From: Jatrophihabitans sp.
Lineage (GTDB): Bacteria > Actinomycetota > Actinomycetes > Mycobacteriales > Jatrophihabitantaceae
Reading direction: 5' to 3'
Assembly: GCF_036000465.1 (NCBI RefSeq)
Contig: NZ_DASYFV010000070.1
Coordinates: 614 to 64,613 of the forward strand
DNA: 64,000 nt
A program made the position numbers and the translations under genes. The notes beneath the pieces are model-generated. The model had not been told where the DNA came from. It made no database searches and saw only the letters and a program-made list of their open reading frames with translations. Shown in pieces: positions 19,972 to 32,102 of this stretch (positions are counted from its first letter, which is position 1; each line of letters begins with the position of its first letter).

Positions 19972-19991
19972 TCCGGTGGCAAGCTGAGCGT

Positions 19992-20246
19992 ATGAACGCA
20001 GCCCTGACCCACGTGCTGGGTGCGGAGATGGTCGCGAACGTGCACTCCGTCGCCGTGCAGGTCGGCGACACCGTCGGGCCGAGCGACATGGTCGTGCTGC
20101 TCGAGTCGATGAAGATGGAGATCCCGGTGCTCGCCGAGGTCGACGGGGTGGTCGCCGAGATCGCCGTCGCCCCCGGGGACGCCATTCAGGAGGGCGACGT
20201 CATCGCCGTCATCACGGTCAGGGCAAGGAACGGAGCGGACGCATGA
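19992..20246 (+). CDS. Stand-alone biotin/lipoyl carrier protein (TB7.3/Rv3221c-like)
   Basis: LESMKMEIPV biotinylation motif; 84 aa; stop overlaps gabT start. Confidence 0.85.
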   Translation: MNAALTHVLGAEMVANVHSVAVQVGDTVGPSDMVVLLESMKMEIPVLAEVDGVVAEIAVAPGDAIQEGDVIAVITVRARNGADA

Positions 20247-21571
20247 CGGTCGAGCAGAAGCGCGTGCTGAACACGGCGATCCCGGGGCCGCGCTCGCAGG
20301 TGCTGCACGCGCGCAAGAGCGCGGCGGTGGCCAGCGGGGTCGGTACGACCCTGCCGGTGTACGTCGAGCGGGCCGGCGGCGGCATCGTCGTCGACGTCGA
20401 CGGCAACCAGCTCATCGACTTCGGCTCGGGCATCGCCGTCACCTCGGTCGGCAACGCCGCCCCGCGCGTGGTCGAGGCAGTGCAGCAACAGGTTGCCGAC
20501 TTCACGCACACCTGCTTCATGGTCACGCCGTACGAGGGCTACGTCGCCGTTGCCGAGAAGCTGAACGAGGTGACGCCGGGCGATCACGACAAGCGCAGCG
20601 CGCTGTTCAACTCGGGCGCCGAGGCGGTCGAGAACGCGGTCAAGATCGCCCGGCACCACACCGGCCGCTCGGCCGTCGTCGCGTTCGACCACGCCTACCA
20701 CGGGCGCACCAACCTGACGATGGCGCTGACCGCCAAGAACATGCCCTACAAGGACGGCTTCGGCCCCTTCGCCGGCGAGATCCACCGCGTGCCGATGGCC
20801 TACCCGTACCGCTGGCCGACCGGCCCGGAGAACTGCGCGGACGAAGCGTTCGAGACCTTCGTGTCGAACGTGCACGCCCAGGTCGGCGAGAAGCGCACAG
20901 CCGCCGTGCTCATCGAGCCGATCCAGGGCGAGGGCGGCTTCATCGTCCCGGCCCCCGGCTTCCTCGCCCGCGTCGCCGACTGGTGCACCGAGCACGGCAT
21001 CGTCTTCATCGCCGACGAGATCCAGACCGGCTTCTGCCGAACCGGTGACTGGTTCGCCTGCGAGTTCGAGGGGGTCGTCCCCGACCTGATCACCACGGCC
21101 AAGGGCATCGCCGGGGGATTGCCCCTGGCTGCGGTGACCGGGCGCGCCGAGATGATGGACGCCGTGCACACCGGCGGACTCGGCGGCACCTACGGGGGCA
21201 ACCCGGTGGCCTGCGCCGCCGCGCTCGGTTCGATCGAGACGATGGCGGCCGAGGATCTCGCCGGTTCGGCCAAGCGCATCGAGTCGATCATGCTGCCGCG
21301 GCTGTCCGCGCTCGCCGAGAAGTACGACACCATCGGCGACGTCCGCGGTCGGGGCGCGATGCTCGCCGTCGAACTGGTCGAAGGCGGGAGGAAGACGCCG
21401 AACCCGGCGCTGACCGCCGCCGTCTCCGCCACCTGCCACCGCAGCGGCCTGATCACGCTCACCGCCGGCACGTTCGGCAACGTGCTGCGCTTCCTGCCGC
21501 CGCTCGTGATCGGCGACGACCTCCTGCACGAGGGCCTCGACCTGCTGGAGGCGGCGTTCGCGGAGAACTGA
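20243..21571 (+). CDS. gabT: 4-aminobutyrate aminotransferase
   Basis: FNSGAEAVENAVK, HGRT, EPIQGEGG, DEIQTG, TAKG, GGTYGGNP. Confidence 0.95.
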   Translation: MTVEQKRVLNTAIPGPRSQVLHARKSAAVASGVGTTLPVYVERAGGGIVVDVDGNQLIDFGSGIAVTSVGNAAPRVVEAVQQQVADFTHTCFMVTPYEGYVAVAEKLNEVTPGDHDKRSALFNSGAEAVENAVKIARHHTGRSAVVAFDHAYHGRTNLTMALTAKNMPYKDGFGPFAGEIHRVPMAYPYRWPTGPENCADEAFETFVSNVHAQVGEKRTAAVLIEPIQGEGGFIVPAPGFLARVADWCTEHGIVFIADEIQTGFCRTGDWFACEFEGVVPDLITTAKGIAGGLPLAAVTGRAEMMDAVHTGGLGGTYGGNPVACAAALGSIETMAAEDLAGSAKRIESIMLPRLSALAEKYDTIGDVRGRGAMLAVELVEGGRKTPNPALTAAVSATCHRSGLITLTAGTFGNVLRFLPPLVIGDDLLHEGLDLLEAAFAEN

Positions 21572-21673
21572 GCCGCACGTCCGGTCGCCCGCGGCGTACC
21601 GCACCGGCGGCTTCCTCGTTGTCCTCGGTGGGCGCGCGATCCGGCCGCGTCACCCGACCCGGGAGGACGACCC

Positions 21674-22237
21674 GTGATCCGGCTCGCGCGACGTCGCTAC
21701 AAGCCTGTCCTGGCAGGCCTGGTGGTGGTGCTGTTCGTCTTGCTGCTCGCGCACTACGTCAACGGGCCTGACGCCGCCTCGATCAGCCTGCCGGCGCAGT
21801 CGGGGCCGGCCCTGCCGAACGGCTTCCCCCACCCGCCGGCCTCGCCGTCGCGGGCTTCCTCGGCCGGCGCGACACCGGCCGCGCGTCCCGGTGCGAGCCT
21901 GGCCGCGCAGCTGGTCCCCGACCTGCCGCAGTCGACGTCGCTGGACGCCGCCGGCGCCCCGGCCCGCGCGGTGACGATGGTCGTCCGTTCCGACGCCGCC
22001 ATCGTCCAGATGGGCTACATCGTGCGTGGCGGCGATCCCGACCGCTACGCCAAACGCAACGTCCAGTCGCCCGCGATCATCCACACCGTGGCCCACGGGT
22101 ACGGCGTGGTGGCCGAGATCGGCGCGCAGGCATCCCCGTACGCGACCTATGTGACCTGCACGCTCATGGTCGACGGCCGCGTGCAGTCCAGCCATACCTC
22201 GAAAGGACCGTGGGCCGTGACGGTGTGCGTCGGATGA
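21674..22237 (+). CDS. Membrane-anchored protein with MmpS-like C-terminal Cys pair
   Basis: N-terminal TM, Pro/Ala linker, C-terminal [11 protein letters not shown]...VC. Confidence 0.65.
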   Translation: MIRLARRRYKPVLAGLVVVLFVLLLAHYVNGPDAASISLPAQSGPALPNGFPHPPASPSRASSAGATPAARPGASLAAQLVPDLPQSTSLDAAGAPARAVTMVVRSDAAIVQMGYIVRGGDPDRYAKRNVQSPAIIHTVAHGYGVVAEIGAQASPYATYVTCTLMVDGRVQSSHTSKGPWAVTVCVG

Positions 22238-22265
22238 AGACCGTGACGACCAGGAGGACACCCGC

Positions 22266-23258
22266 ATGACCTACGCACCGGACCCCGCGGCGCTCGTCGA
22301 CCTCCGCCCGCGCCGCGTAATGGTGACCGGCGGCGCCGGGTTCATCGGATCGCACCTCACCCGTCGCCTGCTCGAGCTCGGTCACGAGGTGCTGGTGGTG
22401 GACAACTTCTACTCGGGCACCCGGCAGAACATCGAGGACCTGCTGGAACACAAGCGGTTCGAGCTGATGCGCCACGACGTCACCTTCCCGCTGTACGTCG
22501 AGGTCGACGAGATCTACCACCTCGCCTGCCCGGCGTCGCCGGTCTTCTACCAGCGCGACCCGGTGCAGACGACGAAGACCTGCGTGCACGGTTCGATCAA
22601 CATGCTCGGTCTGGCCAAGCGCACCGGCGCGAAGATCCTGCTGGCATCGACGTCGGAGGTGTACGGCGACCCGGCGGTGCACCCGCAGGAGGAGAGCTAC
22701 TGGGGCAACGTGAACCCGGTCGGCATCCGCTCCTGCTACGACGAGGGCAAGCGCTGCGCCGAGACGCTGTTCTTCGACTACTACCGCCAGCACCGGCTGC
22801 GCATCAAGGTCGCGCGGATCTTCAACACCTACGGCCCGCGGATGCTGCCCAACGACGGCCGGGTCGTCTCGAGCTTCATCGTGCAGGCGTTGATGGGTCA
22901 GCCGTTGTCGATCTTCGGTGACGGGCAGCAGACCCGTTCGTTCTGCTACGTCGACGACCTGGTCGAGGGCCTGATCCGGCTCATGGACTCGCCCGACGAC
23001 GTCACGGGCCCGATCAACCTCGGCAATCCGGGCGAGTTCACGATGGAGGAGCTGGCCCGCAAGGTCGTGGCCCTGACGAACGGGTCCGGCGGTCTGACCC
23101 ACCACCCGCTGCCGGCCGACGACCCCACGCGGCGGCGTCCCGACACCACGCGGGCGGAGGAGATTCTGGGCTGGACGCCCGGGGTCGACCTGGACAAGGG
23201 CCTTTCGCTGACCGTCGACTACTTCCGGGAGCTGCTCGCGGACGCAGCGTCGGCGTAA
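22266..23258 (+). CDS. uxs: UDP-glucuronate decarboxylase (UDP-xylose synthase)
   Basis: [38 protein letters not shown]. Confidence 0.92.
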   Translation: MTYAPDPAALVDLRPRRVMVTGGAGFIGSHLTRRLLELGHEVLVVDNFYSGTRQNIEDLLEHKRFELMRHDVTFPLYVEVDEIYHLACPASPVFYQRDPVQTTKTCVHGSINMLGLAKRTGAKILLASTSEVYGDPAVHPQEESYWGNVNPVGIRSCYDEGKRCAETLFFDYYRQHRLRIKVARIFNTYGPRMLPNDGRVVSSFIVQALMGQPLSIFGDGQQTRSFCYVDDLVEGLIRLMDSPDDVTGPINLGNPGEFTMEELARKVVALTNGSGGLTHHPLPADDPTRRRPDTTRAEEILGWTPGVDLDKGLSLTVDYFRELLADAASA

Positions 23259-23282
23259 ACGGCGGACGCGGGGCCCGGTATC

Positions 23283-23391
23283 CTGGAGGCTCCGCCGCGT
23301 CGTTCGAGGGGTAGCTGTCTGTGAGTCTCGCGTGCGAGCGAACAATGGGCCTGGGGCTCCGCCGCGCGGTCCGAGCGAAGCGAGGTCGGGC

Positions 23392-23407
<16 letters not shown>
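23283..23407 (+). repeat. Degenerate tandem duplication containing a 24-codon minicistron (23321-23395) coupled to ask
   Basis: GTGAGTCTCG at 23321 and 23392; GGCTCCGCCGCG at 23288 and 23355; the TGA overlaps the ask GTG. Confidence 0.7.
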
Positions 23408-25673
<2,266 letters not shown>

Positions 25674-25696
25674 TCCGACCGGGGCGTCGAAGATCG

Positions 25697-25716
25697 ACAT
25701 AACGCGGAGTTTATGT
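25697..25716. promoter_or_regulatory. AT-rich inverted repeat ACATAA-N8-TTATGT
   Basis: Perfect 6-bp arms upstream of the NlpC/P60 gene. Confidence 0.35.
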
Positions 25717-25760
25717 GAGACTGGGCGCCCCCCGCTGCTCGTCCGCTAGGAAATCCCCCG

Positions 25761-27164
25761 ATGACGCACGTCCGCGCACTGCTGTGCGCCCTTCTCACGC
25801 TCACCCTGCTCGCCGCCGGCGCCGCCACCCCGGCCGACGCGGCCGCCCGGCCCGTCGTGACCGGCCTGTCCGCGCATCACGGCGTGTACTGGGGCGGTGA
25901 CCGCCTCACCGTCCGCGGCCGGAACCTCTCCGATGTCCGCGCGGTGCGTTTCGGGCGCACCGACGCCGGCCCCGTGCACCTGGTGTCGGACTCGACCCTC
26001 ACCGTGTGGGTGCCGTTCCACGAGTACGCGACCGTGCACGTGCAGGTCGTGACCGGCGTCGGCACCTCGACCGGCACGAACGCCGACAAGTTCGTCTTCA
26101 GCCGGCCGGCGATGACGACCCCGATCTACGGCGGCCTCTCGGCCCGCCAGGAGCAGTCGATCTCGGCCCGGGTGCGGGCGTCCCACCATCGGGTGGCGAC
26201 CGCCCGTGCCGGCCGCGGCTGGACCGCCGCGATGGGCGCCACCGCGCTGCGCCGGGCCGAGTCGTGGCTCGGCCTGCCGTACTCGTGGGCCGGCGGCAAC
26301 GGCACCGCCCCGACGGCCGGCGTCTGCGCGCACAACGGCGGCGACCTGGACTGCCACGTCATCGGCTTCGACTGCTCGGGCCTGACCCTGAACGCCTGGG
26401 CGCCTTACCGCAGCATGGCCCACTACGCCGGCACGCAGTACCGGCGGGCCGGTGGCTTCCACCCGTCGATCGGGCAGCTCATGCCCGGCGACCTCGTGTT
26501 CTTCTCCGCCTACATCGCGAACGGCATCGGGCATGTCGCCGTCTATGCCGGACACGGGACCGTCGTGCAGGCTGAGCAGAGCGGCACGCGGATCATGCGC
26601 TCGGCGCTCGCCGACGTGATCGCGAGCAGCGGCAGCTTCCGCGGAGCCACCCGTCCCACCTCGACCGGACGCCAGGCCGCCGGACCCCTCGTGACCTCGA
26701 CGACCTCGCTGCGGACGACGGGCGGCTACGTCACGATCACCGGCAGCCGGCTGGACCAGGCCACCACGGTGACCATCGGCGGGACGACGATCTACGACTT
26801 CGCGCAGCGCACGGCGTCGCGCCTGGTCGTGCGGCTGCCCGCGCACGGTTCCGGTGCCGCCTCGATCGCGGTGTCGAACCCGTGGGGCACGGCGCGCTCG
26901 ACGGTCACCTACATCGGGGCTCCGCTGCTCTCCGGGCTCGCCCCGTGGTCCGGCCCGGCGCAGGGCGGCGACCGCGTCGTCGTCACCGGCCGCGATCTGG
27001 CCGGGGTCACCGCCGTGCTGGTCGACGGCCGGTCCGCGACGTTCGAGTCGCTCGGCGCCACCGGGCTGGCCGTGACCATGCCGGCGCACGACGCCGGGAC
27101 AGCGGTGCTCACCGCAACGTCGGCGTCAGGCCGGTCCAACCCGATGCACTACCTGTACCGCTAG
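25761..27164 (+). CDS. Secreted NlpC/P60 peptidase with IPT/TIG domains
   Basis: Signal peptide; DCSGL and GHVAVY; IPT/TIG-like repeats (GGDRLTVRGRNL, GGYVTITGSRL, GGDRVVVTGRDL). Confidence 0.88.
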   Translation: MTHVRALLCALLTLTLLAAGAATPADAAARPVVTGLSAHHGVYWGGDRLTVRGRNLSDVRAVRFGRTDAGPVHLVSDSTLTVWVPFHEYATVHVQVVTGVGTSTGTNADKFVFSRPAMTTPIYGGLSARQEQSISARVRASHHRVATARAGRGWTAAMGATALRRAESWLGLPYSWAGGNGTAPTAGVCAHNGGDLDCHVIGFDCSGLTLNAWAPYRSMAHYAGTQYRRAGGFHPSIGQLMPGDLVFFSAYIANGIGHVAVYAGHGTVVQAEQSGTRIMRSALADVIASSGSFRGATRPTSTGRQAAGPLVTSTTSLRTTGGYVTITGSRLDQATTVTIGGTTIYDFAQRTASRLVVRLPAHGSGAASIAVSNPWGTARSTVTYIGAPLLSGLAPWSGPAQGGDRVVVTGRDLAGVTAVLVDGRSATFESLGATGLAVTMPAHDAGTAVLTATSASGRSNPMHYLYR

Positions 27165-27175
27165 GCGCGGCGGCG

Positions 27176-27901
27176 TCAGCGGCGCCGCGCGTAGATCACC
27201 AGCGTCATCTGCAGCGCCTTCGGCAGGCGCGGCTCGACGGCCATGACCGTGCGGGCCACTCGCGGCCACCGCAGGAGGTACTGCTCGAGACCGACCCGGT
27301 GCAGGACCACCAGCTCGAAGTCGGCGTCGAAGAGCTCGTGCAGGCGCCGCTCGGTGTTCATCCGGTACTCGGTGGGGAACACGTCGCGTTCCTTGCGACG
27401 CGGCTGCAGCACGCGCAACCACCGGGCGTGCCGGTCGTTCGGCACGGTCCGGGCGACGGCGGACAGCGGCGAGTAGCGGCTGACCGTGCGGGCGACGAAC
27501 GCCCCACCGGGACGCAGCGTGCGCGTGAGCTCGGCGACGAAGGCCGGACCGTCCGCGACGTGTTCGAGCACGAAGTCGCTGACGCCGAGATCGACCGAGG
27601 CGTCGTCGAGCGGCCAGCGTCCGTCCTCGCCGATCGGGCGGAACTCGTCGATCAGCGGGTTCTGCTCGCCAACCGGGTCGAGGTCGATGCCGATGACCCG
27701 ACGCTGCGGGCCGCGCAGGTCGTGGAACACCTCGTCCGGCGAGTCGTCGGCCATCGACCCGCGCCCGCACCCGACGTCGACGATGGTCGTCGCCTGGGCC
27801 GCGAGCATCTGCGCGACGCCGAGGTACGGGACGATGCTGTCCCACCCCGACTTCTCCTGGTCGAAGACCTCGTTCCAGCCGAGCTGCTGAGCGGACTGCA
27901 T
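27176..27901 (-). CDS. Class I SAM-dependent methyltransferase
   Basis: VDVGCGRG, IGID, FVLEHV, RTLRPGG. Confidence 0.9.
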   Translation of the reverse strand: MQSAQQLGWNEVFDQEKSGWDSIVPYLGVAQMLAAQATTIVDVGCGRGSMADDSPDEVFHDLRGPQRRVIGIDLDPVGEQNPLIDEFRPIGEDGRWPLDDASVDLGVSDFVLEHVADGPAFVAELTRTLRPGGAFVARTVSRYSPLSAVARTVPNDRHARWLRVLQPRRKERDVFPTEYRMNTERRLHELFDADFELVVLHRVGLEQYLLRWPRVARTVMAVEPRLPKALQMTLVIYARRR

Positions 27902-27945
27902 CGCGCGGTGTTCTCCTGTCGCGGGTCGGGCCGAGGACCGTCCGG

Positions 27946-28476
27946 TCACCGAGCGTCGTCGTGAGCCTGGTTCCACTCGAAGGGCTCCATCTCGCGCAGC
28001 ACCCGTCGCCGGCGGTTGCGCGGCAGGTGGTCGATGTAGAGGACGCCTTTCAGGTGGTCGGTCTCGTGTTGCAGGCAGCGCGCGAAGTACCCCTCGCCAC
28101 TGACCTCGATCGGGTTGTTGTCCTTGTCAACGCCGCGGACCGTCGCATGGGTACGCCGGCCCAGCTCGTGATACGGACCGGGGACCGACAGGCACCCCTC
28201 GTCCTGGACGTCGAGGTCGCCGCTGGTCTCGATGCTCGGGTTGACGACGTGCCCGCGGGCCGAGGTGTCCGGGCCGGTGGGGCAGTCGTAGACGAACACG
28301 GCGAGGTCGACGCCGATCTGCGGCGCGGCCAGGCCGACGCCCTCGGCGACCGCCAGCGCGGCGAACATGTCCTCGATCAGCGTCGCGAGGTTCTGGTCGA
28401 ACTCCTCGACCGGACGCGTCGGCGTGGCGAGGACCGGATCGCCGACGACGCGGATCTTCGGGGGGAGGTCGGTCAT
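27946..28476 (-). CDS. def: Peptide deformylase
   Basis: GVGLAAPQIG, EGCLS, HETDH all intact. Confidence 0.95.
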   Translation of the reverse strand: MTDLPPKIRVVGDPVLATPTRPVEEFDQNLATLIEDMFAALAVAEGVGLAAPQIGVDLAVFVYDCPTGPDTSARGHVVNPSIETSGDLDVQDEGCLSVPGPYHELGRRTHATVRGVDKDNNPIEVSGEGYFARCLQHETDHLKGVLYIDHLPRNRRRRVLREMEPFEWNQAHDDAR

Positions 28477-28478
28477 GA

Positions 28479-29102
28479 TCAACTCCGATGGGGACGGGGG
28501 CGGCGGGGTGCCGCCCGGGCCGGCTGCGGTCGACGGCCGGCCGGCGAGGGGCGGGGGCGCTGCTCGGGCAGCAGCGACAGGACGTACAGCGTCGCGTGCA
28601 CGGTGTCGCTGACCTCCTGCGCGATCGGGCGGGTCTGCGCGACGCCGGTGCCGAACGGGTCGGCCACCTCGTCGTCGTGGCGCGGGCGCGGGCTCTCCGT
28701 CCCGCGGGCCCGCGCCGCGAGCTCGACGACCGCGCGCGGTTCGCCGGGTTCGTTCCGGCGGGCCAGCCGGGCGAACTCCTTCATCGTGAACGTGCGCCGG
28801 AAGGCGCTCGGGGCCGCCGTCATCACCGTGTCGCGGTGCCCGACCTCGGCGGTGAGGACGAGATCGGCGCCCAGCGCCATCGCGGGCTCGAACTGGCGGC
28901 CGCGATGCCGGGTCGGATCCAGGCCGAGCCGGGTCAGGATCGACGCCGACGAATGGTCGATCGGTGCCCCGACCAGGGCCGCGGTGCCCGCGCTCGTCAC
29001 GACGACATCGGCGTCCGGCGACGTCCACGATCGGAACAGCAGCTCGGCCATCGGCGACCGGCAGACGTTGCCGGTGCACACGTAGAGGACGTGGAACGGC
29101 AC
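28479..29102 (-). CDS. Low-molecular-weight protein-tyrosine phosphatase (Wzb-like)
   Basis: VCTGNVCRSPMAE, SAGT, DPF. Confidence 0.93.
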   Translation of the reverse strand: MPFHVLYVCTGNVCRSPMAELLFRSWTSPDADVVVTSAGTAALVGAPIDHSSASILTRLGLDPTRHRGRQFEPAMALGADLVLTAEVGHRDTVMTAAPSAFRRTFTMKEFARLARRNEPGEPRAVVELAARARGTESPRPRHDDEVADPFGTGVAQTRPIAQEVSDTVHATLYVLSLLPEQRPRPSPAGRRPQPARAAPRRPRPHRS

Positions 29103-29237
29103 GCCACGAGTATCGGCTACGAGCCTCCGCGGACAGCACTCGCGTCGGTGGACGGTCACATTGTCCCGTAAAGTCCGTGTTTCAGATTCCGGTGTGAACG
29201 ACCGCATCCTCCATTCTTCGTACTCGTTGGTAGGGGC

Positions 29238-30512
29238 ATGCGGTTGAACGTGCACGACTTCAGCGGCCACCCCTTCCAGGTCCAGCTGTCCCGTGAGCTC
29301 GCGGGGCGTGGTCATCACGTCCGGCACACGTACAGCACCCAGTTCGTCACCGGTCGGGGTCGGCTCGAGGTCGAGGCCGCGGACCCCGCGACGCTGCGGA
29401 TCGAGGGCGTGACGTGCCGCCGCCCGATGGTGAAGTACTCGCCCGTCGGGCGCACCCGCTTCGAGCTGGACTACGCCTCGACCTGGCGCGCCTCGTTCGA
29501 GCGCGAGCCGGCCGACGTCGTCGTGGCCTGCAACGTGCCGCTGTTCGCGCTGTCGCGGATGAAGCGGCACTTCGCCCGCACCGGTCAGCCCTGGGTGCTC
29601 TGGCACCAGGATCTCTACAGCCTCGGCGTCGGCGCCGAGGCCGCGCGGAAGCTCCCCGGCCCGCTCGCCGACCTCGCCCGCTCGGCCGTCGAACGCCTCG
29701 AGCGGGCGCAGGTGCACGCCGCGTCGAGCGTCGTGGCCATCAGCGAGGCCATGGTGCACCAGTACCACCGCTGGGGCGTCACCCGCGACGACGTGCAGGT
29801 CATCCCGAACTGGGCCCCGCTCGACGACATCACGCCGGGCGCGCGGGACAACGCCTGGGCCCGGGCGCACCACCTGCCGGAGAAGGCCGTCCGGCTGATG
29901 TACGCCGGCACGCTCGGACGCAAGCACAACGCGCTGCTGCTGCTGGACATCCTCGACGCGGCGAAGGCCCGCGGGATCGACGCGCACCTCGTCGTCGCCT
30001 CGGAGGGGGTCGGGGCCGACGACCTGGCGGCGGCTGCGGGCTCGCGCCCGGACGTGCAGATCGTCGGCTACCAGCCGGCCGCCGAGCTCTCCGACATGCT
30101 GGCCAGCGCCGATGTCGTCCTCGCCCTGCTCGAGCCGGACGCCGCCTACTTCTCGGTGCCCAGCAAGGTGCTCACCTATCTCGCCGCCGGCCGCCCCATC
30201 GCCGCGCTCGTGCCGGTCGGCAATCCGGCGGCCCAGGACGTCGCCCGGATCGGCGGCTTCGTCGGTGCCCCGACAGCGCAGGGCGCGGCCGACGCCGCCG
30301 AGTGGCTGCGTCACGCGGTCGACCGGCCGCACGGCCTCGCCACCATCGGGCAGGCGGCTCGCGACCTGGCCGAGACCCGCTTCGCGATCGCCCGGATCGG
30401 TGACTCGTTCGAGCAGGTGCTGCACACCGCGCTGGGCCGGAAGGGCTCCGGGCTGACCCCCATGCCGGCCCGGGTGGAGGACCCCACCGCCGCCGACCGA
30501 ATCGCCTCATGA
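29238..30512 (+). CDS. GT4 glycosyltransferase (WcaI-like)
   Basis: WHQDLY, VIPNWA, MYAGTLGRKH, VPSKVLTYLAAG. Confidence 0.9.
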   Translation: MRLNVHDFSGHPFQVQLSRELAGRGHHVRHTYSTQFVTGRGRLEVEAADPATLRIEGVTCRRPMVKYSPVGRTRFELDYASTWRASFEREPADVVVACNVPLFALSRMKRHFARTGQPWVLWHQDLYSLGVGAEAARKLPGPLADLARSAVERLERAQVHAASSVVAISEAMVHQYHRWGVTRDDVQVIPNWAPLDDITPGARDNAWARAHHLPEKAVRLMYAGTLGRKHNALLLLDILDAAKARGIDAHLVVASEGVGADDLAAAAGSRPDVQIVGYQPAAELSDMLASADVVLALLEPDAAYFSVPSKVLTYLAAGRPIAALVPVGNPAAQDVARIGGFVGAPTAQGAADAAEWLRHAVDRPHGLATIGQAARDLAETRFAIARIGDSFEQVLHTALGRKGSGLTPMPARVEDPTAADRIAS

Positions 30513-32080
30513 CCGGCACCCTCTTCGGTGCCGGCTCCGAGGACTACGTACTCGAGCAGGTCCCCCTCGACACGCCGACCCCGACCGCCGGCCCGCGCTC
30601 GCGCCAGGCGGGGATCGAAGCGGCTCGGCGCCGGGCGGCGACCGCGTCGCTCACCCCGCGCCCGCCCATCCGGCAGTGGACCCGCCGCTACGTGACGATG
30701 CTGGTCGTCGGCGACGTGTTGAGCGCGCTCACCGCGACCTCGATCGGGTACTCGATCCGCTTCGGCGTGCTCACCGGGCTCCCGACCCGGGGCGACCTGG
30801 TCAGCCTCCTGCTGCTCAGCCTCGTGATCACCGCGGGCTGGCTGTTCTGCCTGCAGCTGGTCGGGGCCTACGTGCTCCGCCAGGTCTCGACCGGCGCGCG
30901 CGAGGTGCAACGCGTGCTGCGGGCCGCGCTCAACCTCGCCGGCTCGTCGGCCATCGTCGCCTACTTCTCGCACATGCTGGTGGCCCGCACCTTCATCGCC
31001 ATCGTCATCCCGCTCGGGGTGGTGCTGCAGGCGCTCACCCGCTACTGCGTCCGGCGGGGCGTGAACCAGCGACGCGCCCGCGGTGAGTGGACGAGCGCGA
31101 TCCTCGCCGTCGGCACCAGCGAATCCGTGCGGCACCTCATCGACGCCACCCGGCGCAACCCGAGCGCCGGCCTCGTCGTGATCGGCGCCTGCGTCGAGGA
31201 CGTGGCCACCGCTGAAGAGGTGGCCCCCGGCGTCCCGGTGCTGGGCGATGTCGCGCACGCCGCCGCGCTGGCCGAGGAGGTCGGCGCCGATGTCGTCGCC
31301 GTCGCCGGTTCGGGGCTCGGCCCGCGCCGCATCCGTGAGCTCGGCTGGGCCCTGGAGGGCACCGGGCGCGCGATGGTCATGGCGCCGGGCCTGACCGAGG
31401 TCGCCGGTCCTCGCGTGCACGTCAGCCCGGTCGAGGGCCTGCCGCTGATGTGGGTCGACCAGCCGCAGTTCACCGGTCTCGCCCGCGTCGCCAAGCGGGC
31501 GGTCGACGTGATCGGCGCCGGCGTCATGGTGCTGCTGGTCGCCCCTCTGCTGCTGGTGGTCTGGGCGTCGGTCCGGGTGACGAGTCGCGGGCCGGGCTTC
31601 TACCGCAGCACCCGGATGGGCATCCACGGCCGCGAGATCACGGTCTGGAAGTTCCGCTCGATGTACTCCGACGCCGCCGAGCGCCGGGCCGCACTGCTCG
31701 CCGACAACGAGGTCCAGGGCGGCGTGCTGTTCAAGATGCGCCAGGACCCGCGGGTCACCCCGGTCGGGCGGTTCATCCGCAAGTTCTCGATCGACGAGCT
31801 GCCGCAGCTGCTCAACGTCCTCGGCGGGTCGATGTCGCTGGTCGGTCCGCGCCCGCCACTGCCCGACGAGGTCGAGAAGTACCACACCGACGTCCGCCGC
31901 CGGCTGCTGGTGAAACCAGGTATGACGGGTCTGTGGCAGATCAGCGGGCGCAGCGACCTGCCCTGGGACGAAGCGGTGCGCCTCGACCTCTACTACGTGG
32001 AGAACTGGTCGCTCGGGTTCGACATCGCCATCGTGCTGCGCACGGTGTGGGCGGTCCTGCGGTCGCGGGGTGCGTACTGA
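30509..32080 (+). CDS. Polyprenyl glycosylphosphotransferase (WcaJ/WbaP-type priming transferase)
   Basis: KRAVD, WKFRSM, DPRVTPVG, DELPQL, VGPRP, KPGMTGLWQ, DLYYVENWS. Confidence 0.95.
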   Translation: MTGTLFGAGSEDYVLEQVPLDTPTPTAGPRSRQAGIEAARRRAATASLTPRPPIRQWTRRYVTMLVVGDVLSALTATSIGYSIRFGVLTGLPTRGDLVSLLLLSLVITAGWLFCLQLVGAYVLRQVSTGAREVQRVLRAALNLAGSSAIVAYFSHMLVARTFIAIVIPLGVVLQALTRYCVRRGVNQRRARGEWTSAILAVGTSESVRHLIDATRRNPSAGLVVIGACVEDVATAEEVAPGVPVLGDVAHAAALAEEVGADVVAVAGSGLGPRRIRELGWALEGTGRAMVMAPGLTEVAGPRVHVSPVEGLPLMWVDQPQFTGLARVAKRAVDVIGAGVMVLLVAPLLLVVWASVRVTSRGPGFYRSTRMGIHGREITVWKFRSMYSDAAERRAALLADNEVQGGVLFKMRQDPRVTPVGRFIRKFSIDELPQLLNVLGGSMSLVGPRPPLPDEVEKYHTDVRRRLLVKPGMTGLWQISGRSDLPWDEAVRLDLYYVENWSLGFDIAIVLRTVWAVLRSRGAY

Positions 32081-32102
32081 TCGATCCGGTGCGGTGGTCG
32101 GC

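Noticed and set aside
25674-25760. c-di-AMP riboswitch before the NlpC/P60 gene
   Set aside because: The gap is too short and lacks the conserved motifs.
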